This document shows positions 9,104 through 17,833 of a DNA stretch of 24,509 nt, piece by piece. The notes below the pieces were generated by a model, which saw only the letters and a list, made by a program, of their open reading frames with translations, searched no databases and had not been told where the DNA came from. Origin of the DNA: a virus (Duplodnaviria; Caudoviricetes). Every line of letters begins with the position of its first letter. The first letter of the stretch is position 1. Position numbers and translations under genes: made by a program. The stretch is taken from IMG/VR virus record IMGVR_UViG_3300010354_000623, positions 1 through 24,509 of that record, one strand, 5' to 3'.

Positions 9104-10690
9104 ATGGCGCGTTTTTTAACATTTGAAACAACAGCGCTGAAATTAAATAATTCAGTTTTTCCATGTAATTCTATTTCAGTTTCTTTAAATGCGAATACTA
9201 CTCCTGTTTTTGATATAAATGGCAATTTATTGTATTATTCTCCGACAGCTCCTATTCAAGGGAAGTTTTCTACTAATTTTTATTTAACTGGAGCTTTACC
9301 GGATTTTTTAAAGTTAGAAAATCAAACTGAAGCTCCAGTTCGTCTTTCTTTTAATCAATTTTATATACCAAGTGCATATTTAACTGATTTAAGTTTTTCT
9401 GTTGAACCATTTCAGCCTATTTCTGTTGCTACGTCTTTTGTTTTTTATCATGGTTTAACAGTTTTAAATACTGATTTAAATGATAATCACACAAGTTTTT
9501 CAGATGCTTTAAAAACTTTAAATGGTTTATCTAGCTATATTGTTACAACAGATCGCGATACAAATGCAGAAAATCCAAAAGATTTTCTTATTACAAATTT
9601 TGATTATTCATTTTCTGTAGAGCGTTCTCCTGTTTTAAGAATTAAAGAAAGTATTCCAAGTAGAGTTGCATTAAAACAAATTAATGCTCAATTTGGGGTA
9701 ACTGCAAATAATTTAGATGGACAATTAAAAATTCAAGGCAATAATGCTGTTTTTAATGCAATCTTGAAAGATAACACTAGTTTATCAACATCAACGAATT
9801 TTTCTTTGACTGGTATTATTATTGATCAAAGCTATTCTATTTCTGAAGGAAATTATGGATTATCAAATGTTAAGATGATTCAAAATATAAATCCAAAAAG
9901 AAATATTATTTCTATACCATTTGAGGTAGAAGATTATGATATTGAAATTCCAGAATCTATTATTGACGATCCAAATGCTAAACCATTTATTACTGATGAT
10001 GGTAAAATAAATAATGGTGGTGTCAAGCGGCCAAGTTTAGGTGTTGGAAATGATTTAAATGTCGTGGCTCCTCCAGAATTTTATTTTATTACAGATGTTT
10101 ATATAAAATATTATAGAGAATTTGTTTCGGAAGATCAAGAATCTTTAAGAAATCTTGGTTATTCTTCAATTGAAGATCCTACTTTTGCATGTGAATTTTA
10201 TAAAAATGAATTTGGACCAATACAAAAAAGTTTTCCTTCGGTAGTACAATTCGAGCCAAATCAAGATTTAAAAAAATTAAAACTTGGTATTATTACTGCT
10301 AGTAAAAAAACTCCCCCATATTATTATTTAGGAAAGATTAAAATAAGTAAAAGCTTTATTAAAAATGGGGGTTATGATAATTCAAGTTACAAAGATTTTG
10401 AAGCTGATTATAGATTATTTCAAGATGCTACAGATGATACCCAAGATTTAGAAATAACTAAGCATTCAGCTCTATCTATAACGATACCAATTTCATGGGC
10501 ATATAATATATATGCAGATCCACCTGTTTGTCAACAACAAGTTGGTTTTAATTTTTATTATTGGTGGTGTTGTGAATGGTCTTATTTAAAAAATAAAATT
10601 TATTCTACCGATTCAAATGTTTTAAATTCTAATACTGATACAATTTTAAATCCTATTTATTTTGAAAATGCAGGAGAGTTAAATACATGA
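9104..10690 (+). CDS. Second tandem tail-tube-like protein with about 260-aa C-terminal extension
   Basis: 528 aa. The N-terminal ~260 aa show the same two-fold pattern as 6042-7124 (CNSISVSLNANTTPVFDING; ITNFDYSFSVERSPVLRIKESIP). An acidic/Pro linker is followed by an unrecognised domain. ATGA overlap with the next gene. Confidence 0.55.
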   Translation: MARFLTFETTALKLNNSVFPCNSISVSLNANTTPVFDINGNLLYYSPTAPIQGKFSTNFYLTGALPDFLKLENQTEAPVRLSFNQFYIPSAYLTDLSFSVEPFQPISVATSFVFYHGLTVLNTDLNDNHTSFSDALKTLNGLSSYIVTTDRDTNAENPKDFLITNFDYSFSVERSPVLRIKESIPSRVALKQINAQFGVTANNLDGQLKIQGNNAVFNAILKDNTSLSTSTNFSLTGIIIDQSYSISEGNYGLSNVKMIQNINPKRNIISIPFEVEDYDIEIPESIIDDPNAKPFITDDGKINNGGVKRPSLGVGNDLNVVAPPEFYFITDVYIKYYREFVSEDQESLRNLGYSSIEDPTFACEFYKNEFGPIQKSFPSVVQFEPNQDLKKLKLGIITASKKTPPYYYLGKIKISKSFIKNGGYDNSSYKDFEADYRLFQDATDDTQDLEITKHSALSITIPISWAYNIYADPPVCQQQVGFNFYYWWCCEWSYLKNKIYSTDSNVLNSNTDTILNPIYFENAGELNT

Positions 10691-13551
10691 AAGCAGTTAA
10701 TGATTACAGAATATTAATGCCTAATATCCCGTATTATGAAACGGGATTGAGATTCAATCAATTTGATGTTGTTTATTATACTGGTATAAATCCGGGTTCT
10801 TATACTGGACCCGCAGGTATTCCTGTTGAAAATATCACAGCTCCTTTTGCAACCGGATATTACTATGCAACCGGACGTTTAAACTCTGGTGATAATTTAT
10901 TTTATATGCGGCCTGATTCTTATGTCAGCGGCCCAAATAATAGTCGCGGTTCTGCACTTTGGACTCAAAATTATTTTTTCGTTCCTACTTATGGCTCTAC
11001 AATAAATTTTAAGTCTAGTTATTTTCAAAATAATTTTCAAGATTCTTATCAAGTTATTGTTGGTAAAAGTGAAAACGTTTTGCATTGCGAAGCTTCTTTG
11101 CAGTTCAAAGGTATTTCAGATAATGAGGCTAAATGTTTAAATCATTTTTATCAAAATAGTTTTGTGGCTGATCCATTGGCTAATGGGCAAGGTCATAAAA
11201 CTATTAACATGTATTTATTTCCGCCGCATACAAAGACTCGACCGTTTTATTTAAAAAGTATAGATAACAATTTTGAAAATATTAATTCTAACGATGTCAC
11301 TTTAAATGTTGAAAGTCCATTTATTTCAAGCACAAGCTGGAAAGAAAAATTAATTCCATATTCTTCTGCTCAGAATTATAGTTCTAGTAAAACCTATTCT
11401 AAGCATGATTATATACTCGTTAAAGATTTAAGCTTGAATAATGGTTTTTATTATTTTTCTGGCGATAATTCTCAATCAAATATTTATCCACCCACTGCGC
11501 CTTGGACAAATAAATTTTATTTTTCTCCAGATCTTGTTCAGCAACTAAGTTTTGATTCAACAATTTATAAAAATGAATTAGCTGGATTTTATTTATATCA
11601 GGATCTTGGTTTAAATCCAAATTTTCTTAGTTTTAATTTATCTTTTAATAATAGATCTGATAAAGAAGCAAAAGCTATTTTGCACTTTTTAGAAAATCAT
11701 AATGGTATTGATTTGTTTGCTTATGATATGTATGCCTATTTTACGGGAACAAGAAATTTCTTTTGCCCTGAGTGGAGTCATACTTATAATTTTCTTGATA
11801 ATAATACAATCAGTGCAAAATTTATTGAATTTAAATTTGCTTCAGATAGACAACTTCAATTTAATAGTGAATTAAAACCTACTGGTCATGATTTTGGTTT
11901 TTTGCCTCAAGGCTTTACTAAAGAGTATCAATATCAGATTGGTAACAATACAAGAAGATATGCTGTTTTATATACGATTGGTAATAAAATAGAACAACCT
12001 AGTTATAGCAGTAATTTTTTTGATTATGATCAAGACAATGGAAAATTTTTAACAGTTGATGCTGGTCGAACTGGATTTTTTAATATTATATACTCTATTC
12101 CTCAAAATGTAGATTCAAGCGCAAATCAAGATTTGAGAGGATCTTTTACAATAACTCAAGAAAGCGAAAATTTAGGAATTTTAGGTGGTAATTTATCAAT
12201 TGATTATACAGGTATAAGAAGAAATGCTGGAGCCGCAGCTCCGTATAATTTTTTATCTGGAGTTCAAAATTGTGTTGCATCGCCAGTTTATGATCAAACT
12301 TCTAAAAGTTTGGGTTTGAAAGTTAGATGGACTTTACCGGGTTCAGGTTATTATTTTACAAGTTTTGTTGGCAAAATAGCTACTGATAGCAGTTTTACAA
12401 CAAATTTAACTACAAAAACTTTATCTGTTCCATTAAATACAAATAATTATTTATATGATATCGGAACACCTAATGAAAAGCTTTATAGTTTAATTTTTAA
12501 TGGTTTAAGTTTTAATACTCCTTATTATATTTCTATAGAAGGAGCTAATTCAACTTATACAAGTCACACAAGTCAATATGTTTATGCTTCTGGTGTGGCT
12601 GACTGTGACGCTTGGCTCAATCCTTCTGTTGAATATCCTGCGGTTAATTCTGGTTTAACTCCAGCAGTTCTGTCTATTTTGGGAATAAGCGCTCCAAGTA
12701 TTACGATTAATAAAGAAATAAAACCTTTACGTTTAACTAATTCTGCTTTTGAATATTTTGATTTATATGATTATATATCTAGAAATTTTCCTTATGGTCC
12801 CAATTTAAGTTATTATTCTGGTATAACAATAGATTTTGTAAATACTAAAATTGGCCCTCAAGGTCCAAATAGTAGTTATGGTATTTATGATTCAGGTTCA
12901 TTTTTAATTACTGGAAATTATTCTGCTATGCCAAGCGGTGTGACTTTAAATTTTTATAATAACTCTTTTGTTTATGGAAAAGGCGGTAGCGTTACTAAAA
13001 AGAATAATGATACTATAAAACAAGGTAAAAACGCTTTTTATATCAAATGTTCTGGTTTAATAAATATTAATATTGATTCAACTTCGGTAATAGCTGGAGG
13101 AGGCGGTGCTGGAGAAAATATTGAATTAACTGATTTAGTGTCAGTGGCTAATAGCAAATATGATAAATTAAGAGAAGAATATAATTACACAAATGTATAT
13201 AATGGAAAGAGCTATCCAGATTATGATGTCACTTTTGATCAGAAGGCTTCTGATGATACTATAAAAGATTTTAATAATCCAAAAAGTTTAGTTGGTGGTG
13301 ACATATTAAATAAAAATTACTGCACAACGAATGGGGCTGGTATTTTATATGATTTTTTCGATCCAAATCTAAACAACCCTGCTTTAGTATATGGCGGTGC
13401 TGGTGCTCCATATGGAAAAGGGTCTGGGACTCTTTTTTCAAATGGGCAAAGAATACAAGTTCAAAATGCGGATTTAACAAATCCTTCTCAATCTTATGTT
13501 TTGAAGCAGATAGTTACATTACAAGCAGATATTTTTAAACCTCAAATTTAA
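10687..13551 (+). CDS. gpM: Minor tail (distal tail) protein with two lambda gpM-like domains plus Ig-like, FN3-like and gp38-like Gly-rich domains
   Basis: gpM-like signatures at ~10960-11320 (FFVPTYGS...LQFKGISDNEAKCLNHF) and ~11503-11833 (GLNPNFLSFNLSFNNRSDKEAKAILHFLENHNG...FFCPEWSHTY...ISAKFIE). FN3-like VRWTLP...GLSFNTPYYISIEGAN. VYGKGG...NAFYI...IAGGGGAG. AGGAG at 10672-10676 upstream. Confidence 0.75.
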   Translation: MKAVNDYRILMPNIPYYETGLRFNQFDVVYYTGINPGSYTGPAGIPVENITAPFATGYYYATGRLNSGDNLFYMRPDSYVSGPNNSRGSALWTQNYFFVPTYGSTINFKSSYFQNNFQDSYQVIVGKSENVLHCEASLQFKGISDNEAKCLNHFYQNSFVADPLANGQGHKTINMYLFPPHTKTRPFYLKSIDNNFENINSNDVTLNVESPFISSTSWKEKLIPYSSAQNYSSSKTYSKHDYILVKDLSLNNGFYYFSGDNSQSNIYPPTAPWTNKFYFSPDLVQQLSFDSTIYKNELAGFYLYQDLGLNPNFLSFNLSFNNRSDKEAKAILHFLENHNGIDLFAYDMYAYFTGTRNFFCPEWSHTYNFLDNNTISAKFIEFKFASDRQLQFNSELKPTGHDFGFLPQGFTKEYQYQIGNNTRRYAVLYTIGNKIEQPSYSSNFFDYDQDNGKFLTVDAGRTGFFNIIYSIPQNVDSSANQDLRGSFTITQESENLGILGGNLSIDYTGIRRNAGAAAPYNFLSGVQNCVASPVYDQTSKSLGLKVRWTLPGSGYYFTSFVGKIATDSSFTTNLTTKTLSVPLNTNNYLYDIGTPNEKLYSLIFNGLSFNTPYYISIEGANSTYTSHTSQYVYASGVADCDAWLNPSVEYPAVNSGLTPAVLSILGISAPSITINKEIKPLRLTNSAFEYFDLYDYISRNFPYGPNLSYYSGITIDFVNTKIGPQGPNSSYGIYDSGSFLITGNYSAMPSGVTLNFYNNSFVYGKGGSVTKKNNDTIKQGKNAFYIKCSGLININIDSTSVIAGGGGAGENIELTDLVSVANSKYDKLREEYNYTNVYNGKSYPDYDVTFDQKASDDTIKDFNNPKSLVGGDILNKNYCTTNGAGILYDFFDPNLNNPALVYGGAGAPYGKGSGTLFSNGQRIQVQNADLTNPSQSYVLKQIVTLQADIFKPQI

Positions 13552-13555
13552 TTTT

Positions 13556-15199
13556 ATGCCTTTTTATCCTAATCCTCCAGTTGTATCTGTTTATACAAAT
13601 CCAGCCACAGTACCAACTTTACCTGTAGAAACAATAAAAAATTTACCTTCCGATTTGTCAAGAGGATTAACTTTAAAAGGCGGTCCTGGTGGAGATATTG
13701 GTGAAAAAAGCAAGGCGGCTGAGTTGTTTTTTTCTTCGATTGATCTTACAGATGATATCGGTAACATACAATTTTCTAAAGATACTAATGTTAATGTTAC
13801 GGAAATTGTAAAAACAACAAAAGAAAATGATTGTGGTTATGCTATTCAATGTTTACAAGACGCAAGTAATGCTTGTACATTAAATATAAATTTATATTCG
13901 CAATTTCCATCTGTCAATCTTTATTCAAGAAGTGAATTTTTTGACTTTGGCGGTATTGTAAGTGGAGTCAGTAACAATAGTAATACTATATATAACAATG
14001 GTTCTTTTGCTGATTTTACTGTGAAAATGAAAAGCGCTGGAAGTTTGACTCCGGTTTTGGATACTGATTTCGGATTAAATAGATATTATATAGATCTTAA
14101 GAATGGTACTACTCCAAATCAAGAAATTATGTTGGGTAGACAACTTAATTTAGCAAATTTAGATAATTTATTTTGTTTTTATGTGGTTGAATTAGATTAT
14201 CTTGATGGAAAAACAGCTTTTTTAACAAGTGATGCAATATATCAATCTGATGGAAGTTTAAAATTAGATGGAATATCTTCTAATGACTTTGAAGTTGGTG
14301 ATCGTTTAAGAATTTCTTCTGAAAAAAATATTTATTCAGCTTTAGGAACTAGAAATAGTCTTGGTCACTTGGATGATTTAAAGTTTTTTAATTCTAATAT
14401 TTCTAATTTTTATGCTGCCGATGGCGACATGCCAGCAGCTACTATTGGTTTGAATCATCCAACTTCTGCCGATCTTTTGCCGCCATCATTAAAATTTTGT
14501 ATGTTTGCTCCAGATTTTCAAAATTCATATTTTAATAATAGCGCAAATTCTTATTTTACAGAAAATGGTTCTGATAGTTATGAATTAGGATTGCATTTAG
14601 GGATTGAAAAAAATGTTACTTATTTAAATAAAGAAATATCTAATATTTTATATTTTTATTATGACAAGTTTGGTCTTTTTCAGGGTGATACAGCTGCGCC
14701 AATAGCCGCTACTATTAATCAGCAAATAGAAAGAATTAGGCAAAGATCGTATATAACAGATCAATATGGCTCAGATTCGCACAAATTAAAAATTAAAAAT
14801 AAATCTAAGTTTTGCATTGTTTTTCATGGAATAATAAAAAATAATAATGGTTTTAAATATTATTGCGGTCATGATGGTGGAATTTTAAATCAATCTGATT
14901 TAAAAGTTTTAGATCCTTTTGCTGGAAATGCTGCGCCTTATTTATTGATTGGTAATCCTTTTACAAAAACAAACTCTGGGGTTCGAAGCTATTATGAAGT
15001 AAAACTTTATGAAACTTTAGTTTATAAAAATTTGAGTTTTAATAACACTTATAATCCAATTGATTTAATAAGAGTAAATTTAATAAATAAATATAAGCAA
15101 AAATTGTTTATTGATGCAGGCGTTGAATTAACCGCTAATGATATATATTATAGTTATGTAGATAGATTGAATATTTTAGGTAAAATGAAAAAAACATAA
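13556..15199 (+). CDS. Tail-associated protein, probable LamG/concanavalin-like lectin domain
   Basis: 547 aa between the M-like and L-like genes. The C-terminus (LLIGNP...VKLYETLVYKNLS...IRVNLINKY) resembles the end of LamG-like jelly rolls. The N-terminus carries GGPGGDIG...GYAI. Confidence 0.45.
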   Translation: MPFYPNPPVVSVYTNPATVPTLPVETIKNLPSDLSRGLTLKGGPGGDIGEKSKAAELFFSSIDLTDDIGNIQFSKDTNVNVTEIVKTTKENDCGYAIQCLQDASNACTLNINLYSQFPSVNLYSRSEFFDFGGIVSGVSNNSNTIYNNGSFADFTVKMKSAGSLTPVLDTDFGLNRYYIDLKNGTTPNQEIMLGRQLNLANLDNLFCFYVVELDYLDGKTAFLTSDAIYQSDGSLKLDGISSNDFEVGDRLRISSEKNIYSALGTRNSLGHLDDLKFFNSNISNFYAADGDMPAATIGLNHPTSADLLPPSLKFCMFAPDFQNSYFNNSANSYFTENGSDSYELGLHLGIEKNVTYLNKEISNILYFYYDKFGLFQGDTAAPIAATINQQIERIRQRSYITDQYGSDSHKLKIKNKSKFCIVFHGIIKNNNGFKYYCGHDGGILNQSDLKVLDPFAGNAAPYLLIGNPFTKTNSGVRSYYEVKLYETLVYKNLSFNNTYNPIDLIRVNLINKYKQKLFIDAGVELTANDIYYSYVDRLNILGKMKKT

Positions 15200-15203
15200 T
15201 TCT

Positions 15204-16301
15204 ATGCCAGATATAGTATCAACTCAATCATTATTAGATTTAGATCCTGATTCGTTTGTGGATTTGTTTGAAATTTATGTTGATGAATCTTCTGGGATTT
15301 TAAGATTTCATGCAGGAAAAAACTTTAATAATTTTATTGTTTATAAAGGTAATAAATATATTGCAGCTCCTATTGAATATGGTGGTTTCGAATTTTCTTC
15401 AGATGGTAAACAAAGTAGACCAACTATTCGAATAGCAAATATAAATGGCGTTATTACCGACATTATAAAAAATAAAAATGATTTAGTAAATTGTAATTTA
15501 AAAAGAATTAAGATTTTTGTTAAAAATTTAGATGATGTTAATTTTTCGGATAGTATTAATCCGTATTATGGATATAGAGCTAAAAGATATGGTCCAGACA
15601 ATTATGGAACACCATTCTTTGAAGAAACATATGTAATAAATAGAAAAACACAAGAAAATAAATATACAATAGATTTTCAACTTTCTAGCCCAATAGATTA
15701 TGAAAATCAATTTTTGCCAAGTAGAAAAATATCAGATAATTTATGTTCTTGGAATTTTCGTGGTTGTGGCTGTAATTATGGAAAAATTCCTTGGAGGAAC
15801 AATGTAAACGAGACTCAAAGTATTTATATTACAGGAAAAAAATACACATCTGCGGAGATTTTTGGAACGGTTTCGGCTGTCGGGTTGGCTACTAATCTTG
15901 ACGCTATTAATATAGGTATTCCGTTTGCAGATGAAAATAATAAAGAATTTTATACGACTAACGGATATGGTTTAAGTGGAATTGCTTTTAAAAATAATTG
16001 GAACAGTCTTACAACTTATAATTTAGGAGATTTTGTAACTTATTCTGACTCTGTTGATTATAATTTTTTCGGTGATGCTTATCAATTTTCAGAAGACAAC
16101 ATTTCTTTATCTATTTATGTTTGTGTTTCAACGGGAGCATCTGGAAATTTAAACAAAGATCCAAGATATAATAAAGAATATTGGGTTAAAGATAGTTGTG
16201 CAAAAGATATTAGAGGTTGTTCTTTAAGATGGTTGGGTCACAAAGATGGATTGCCTTATGGAGGATTTCCGGGAACTAGACCATATAATTATCAAACATA
16301 A
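15204..16301 (+). CDS. gpL: Minor tail protein L (Fe-S cluster tail tip protein)
   Basis: N-terminal VDLFEI...LRFHAG...YIAAPIEYGGFE...RPTIRIAN. C-terminal LPSRKI...CSWNFRGCGCNY, DSCAKDIRGCSLRW and LPYGGFPG match the four-Cys gpL signature. Confidence 0.92.
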   Translation: MPDIVSTQSLLDLDPDSFVDLFEIYVDESSGILRFHAGKNFNNFIVYKGNKYIAAPIEYGGFEFSSDGKQSRPTIRIANINGVITDIIKNKNDLVNCNLKRIKIFVKNLDDVNFSDSINPYYGYRAKRYGPDNYGTPFFEETYVINRKTQENKYTIDFQLSSPIDYENQFLPSRKISDNLCSWNFRGCGCNYGKIPWRNNVNETQSIYITGKKYTSAEIFGTVSAVGLATNLDAINIGIPFADENNKEFYTTNGYGLSGIAFKNNWNSLTTYNLGDFVTYSDSVDYNFFGDAYQFSEDNISLSIYVCVSTGASGNLNKDPRYNKEYWVKDSCAKDIRGCSLRWLGHKDGLPYGGFPGTRPYNYQT

Positions 16302-16659
16302 ACATATTTTATTGCAGATAAAGCATTTATTGTTAAAAAACTATCCTTTTGAAACAGGTGGTTTAGTTGATGAAAATTTAAACATTTTTCATTATGAATC
16401 TGTTTATAATTCTTGTCATTCTTATATTCCTCCAGCGGAATTTTTTTTTAATTTAGTTAATAAAAAAATTTTATTTTCTTTTCATAGTCATTTGCATTTG
16501 CTTAAACCTTCGGAGGAAGATATATTTTTTTTAAAAAATTACGATATTCCCATTATAATATATAGTTTAAATTATAATCGTTTTTTAAGTGTAAATATTA
16601 ACAATGAAACAGGTCGTTTTACATGGTTTACTAAGGAAATTGACTTGCCCGATGTTTGA
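16246..16659 (+). CDS. gpK: Tail assembly protein K-like, JAB/MPN domain only (start 16246 or 16258)
   Basis: PFETGGLV...FHSHLHLLKPSEED forms a JAMM-like E...HxH...SxxD motif, followed by IPIIIYSL. Located between L and I. No NlpC/P60 domain. Confidence 0.82.
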   Translation: MDCLMEDFRELDHIIIKHKHILLQIKHLLLKNYPFETGGLVDENLNIFHYESVYNSCHSYIPPAEFFFNLVNKKILFSFHSHLHLLKPSEEDIFFLKNYDIPIIIYSLNYNRFLSVNINNETGRFTWFTKEIDLPDV

Positions 16660-17218
16660 GGCGAATGTTTATTCTTTTAAAGAATTGATTTCTTGTATTG
16701 TTGGAAATTTTGATAAATTTAATTCTAAAATCAACATTTTTTTAAAACGCTCTAATGCTATGATTATAGTTGCTGATGGAAAAATAATTACTAATATAAA
16801 GTATTTAGATTCTATTTTTAATAGAATAAAACGAATTGAATTAATTCCTTTGTGTACATTTTCTGCGGCTGCTACAGCTACGATTGCTTTTACAAGTATT
16901 AAAGTGAGTGCTTGGGCGGCTTTTGCTATTAATACTGTTATTTTTGTTGCAATTTCTATAGGTATTAGTCTTTTGTTGTCAAAACTATTAAGTCCAAAAC
17001 AGCCTAATCAAATAAAAACTTCTTCTTATATTTTTAATAATAAAGATAATTTGGCTCAGAGAAATACGCCTGTTCCTATGTCTTATGGTCGTTTAAGATT
17101 AAGTTCTCAAATTTTAAGCTCTTTTAATTTAAATTTTGATTTAGCTAGTAATTTTGATGTTTTTACTGAACAGAATCAAGGTTCTGTAGCTACAAATTTA
17201 TTAAGCGCAAAAATATGA
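16604..17218 (+). CDS. gpI: Tail assembly protein I-like, paralog 1
   Basis: N-terminal Ubl-like domain (VVLHGLL...IELIP), hydrophobic helix, then SYIFN...N...NTPVPMSYGRLRLSSQILS typical of gpI. Confidence 0.88.
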   Translation: MKQVVLHGLLRKLTCPMFEANVYSFKELISCIVGNFDKFNSKINIFLKRSNAMIIVADGKIITNIKYLDSIFNRIKRIELIPLCTFSAAATATIAFTSIKVSAWAAFAINTVIFVAISIGISLLLSKLLSPKQPNQIKTSSYIFNNKDNLAQRNTPVPMSYGRLRLSSQILSSFNLNFDLASNFDVFTEQNQGSVATNLLSAKI

Positions 17219-17670
17219 TTAAAACAATTATTTTTCATGGTTTGCTTAAAAAATTATTTTGTCAGCAAATTAAACTGAATGTTGTTGCTTTTAAAGATAT
17301 TTTTAAATCTTTATCTTGTAACTATACAGATTATAATAAAAAAATTAATAAAATCAAAAAATCATGTTTTGGTTTTGCTGTTGTTATCGATGGTAAATTA
17401 TTTTGCAAAGACTACGAAGATTTAAATTTTGATATTAAAGATGCTCAAAAAATTGATATCATTCCATGCTCTAATTTTAACTTCGCTACAAGTTTAATCG
17501 CAACTTTAGTAGCCATTGGTTTATCTAAATTTTGGGCAGCTGTTGTTACTGTTTTAATTATTGCTGCTGTTTCTTATGGAATAAGTTATTTGATTTCTAA
17601 ATTAATGGGTTCGAAGGGCGCTGGTTCTGGTTTGAAAACTTCTTCTTATATTTTTGGAAATAAAGATAAT
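17015..17670 (+). repeat. 36-nt near-identical direct repeat shared by the gpI paralogs (17015-17050 and 17635-17670)
   Basis: aaaacttcttcttatattttt-aat/gga-aataaagataat; 33 of 36 nt identical (KTSSYIFxNKDN). Confidence 0.9.
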
Positions 17671-17832
17671 ATTGCCGCTAGAAATACTCCTATTTCTTTA
17701 AACTATGGAAGATTAAAATTGGGATCAAGCGTTATAAATGGTTTAATTTTTAATTTTGATTTAATTTATGATTCGAGTCAGATTTTAAATAATCAAAATT
17801 CTTCTATTGGTAATATTTCAGCTTCTATTTAA
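17215..17832 (+). CDS. gpI: Tail assembly protein I-like, paralog 2
   Basis: IIFHGLL...IDIIP, hydrophobic helix, SYIFG...N...NTPISLNYGRLKLGSSVIN. ATGA overlap with paralog 1. Confidence 0.88.
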   Translation: MIKTIIFHGLLKKLFCQQIKLNVVAFKDIFKSLSCNYTDYNKKINKIKKSCFGFAVVIDGKLFCKDYEDLNFDIKDAQKIDIIPCSNFNFATSLIATLVAIGLSKFWAAVVTVLIIAAVSYGISYLISKLMGSKGAGSGLKTSSYIFGNKDNIAARNTPISLNYGRLKLGSSVINGLIFNFDLIYDSSQILNNQNSSIGNISASI

Positions 17833-17833
17833 T

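Noticed and set aside
13533-13540. TTTAAAC as a -1 slippery site
   Set aside because: In the gene's frame (ATT TTT AAA) a -1 slip meets TAA at once, and the downstream ORF is in the +1 frame.
17807-17833. TTG start for gpJ
   Set aside because: It overlaps gpI-2; ATG 17834 fits the TAA-N-ATG coupling used throughout.
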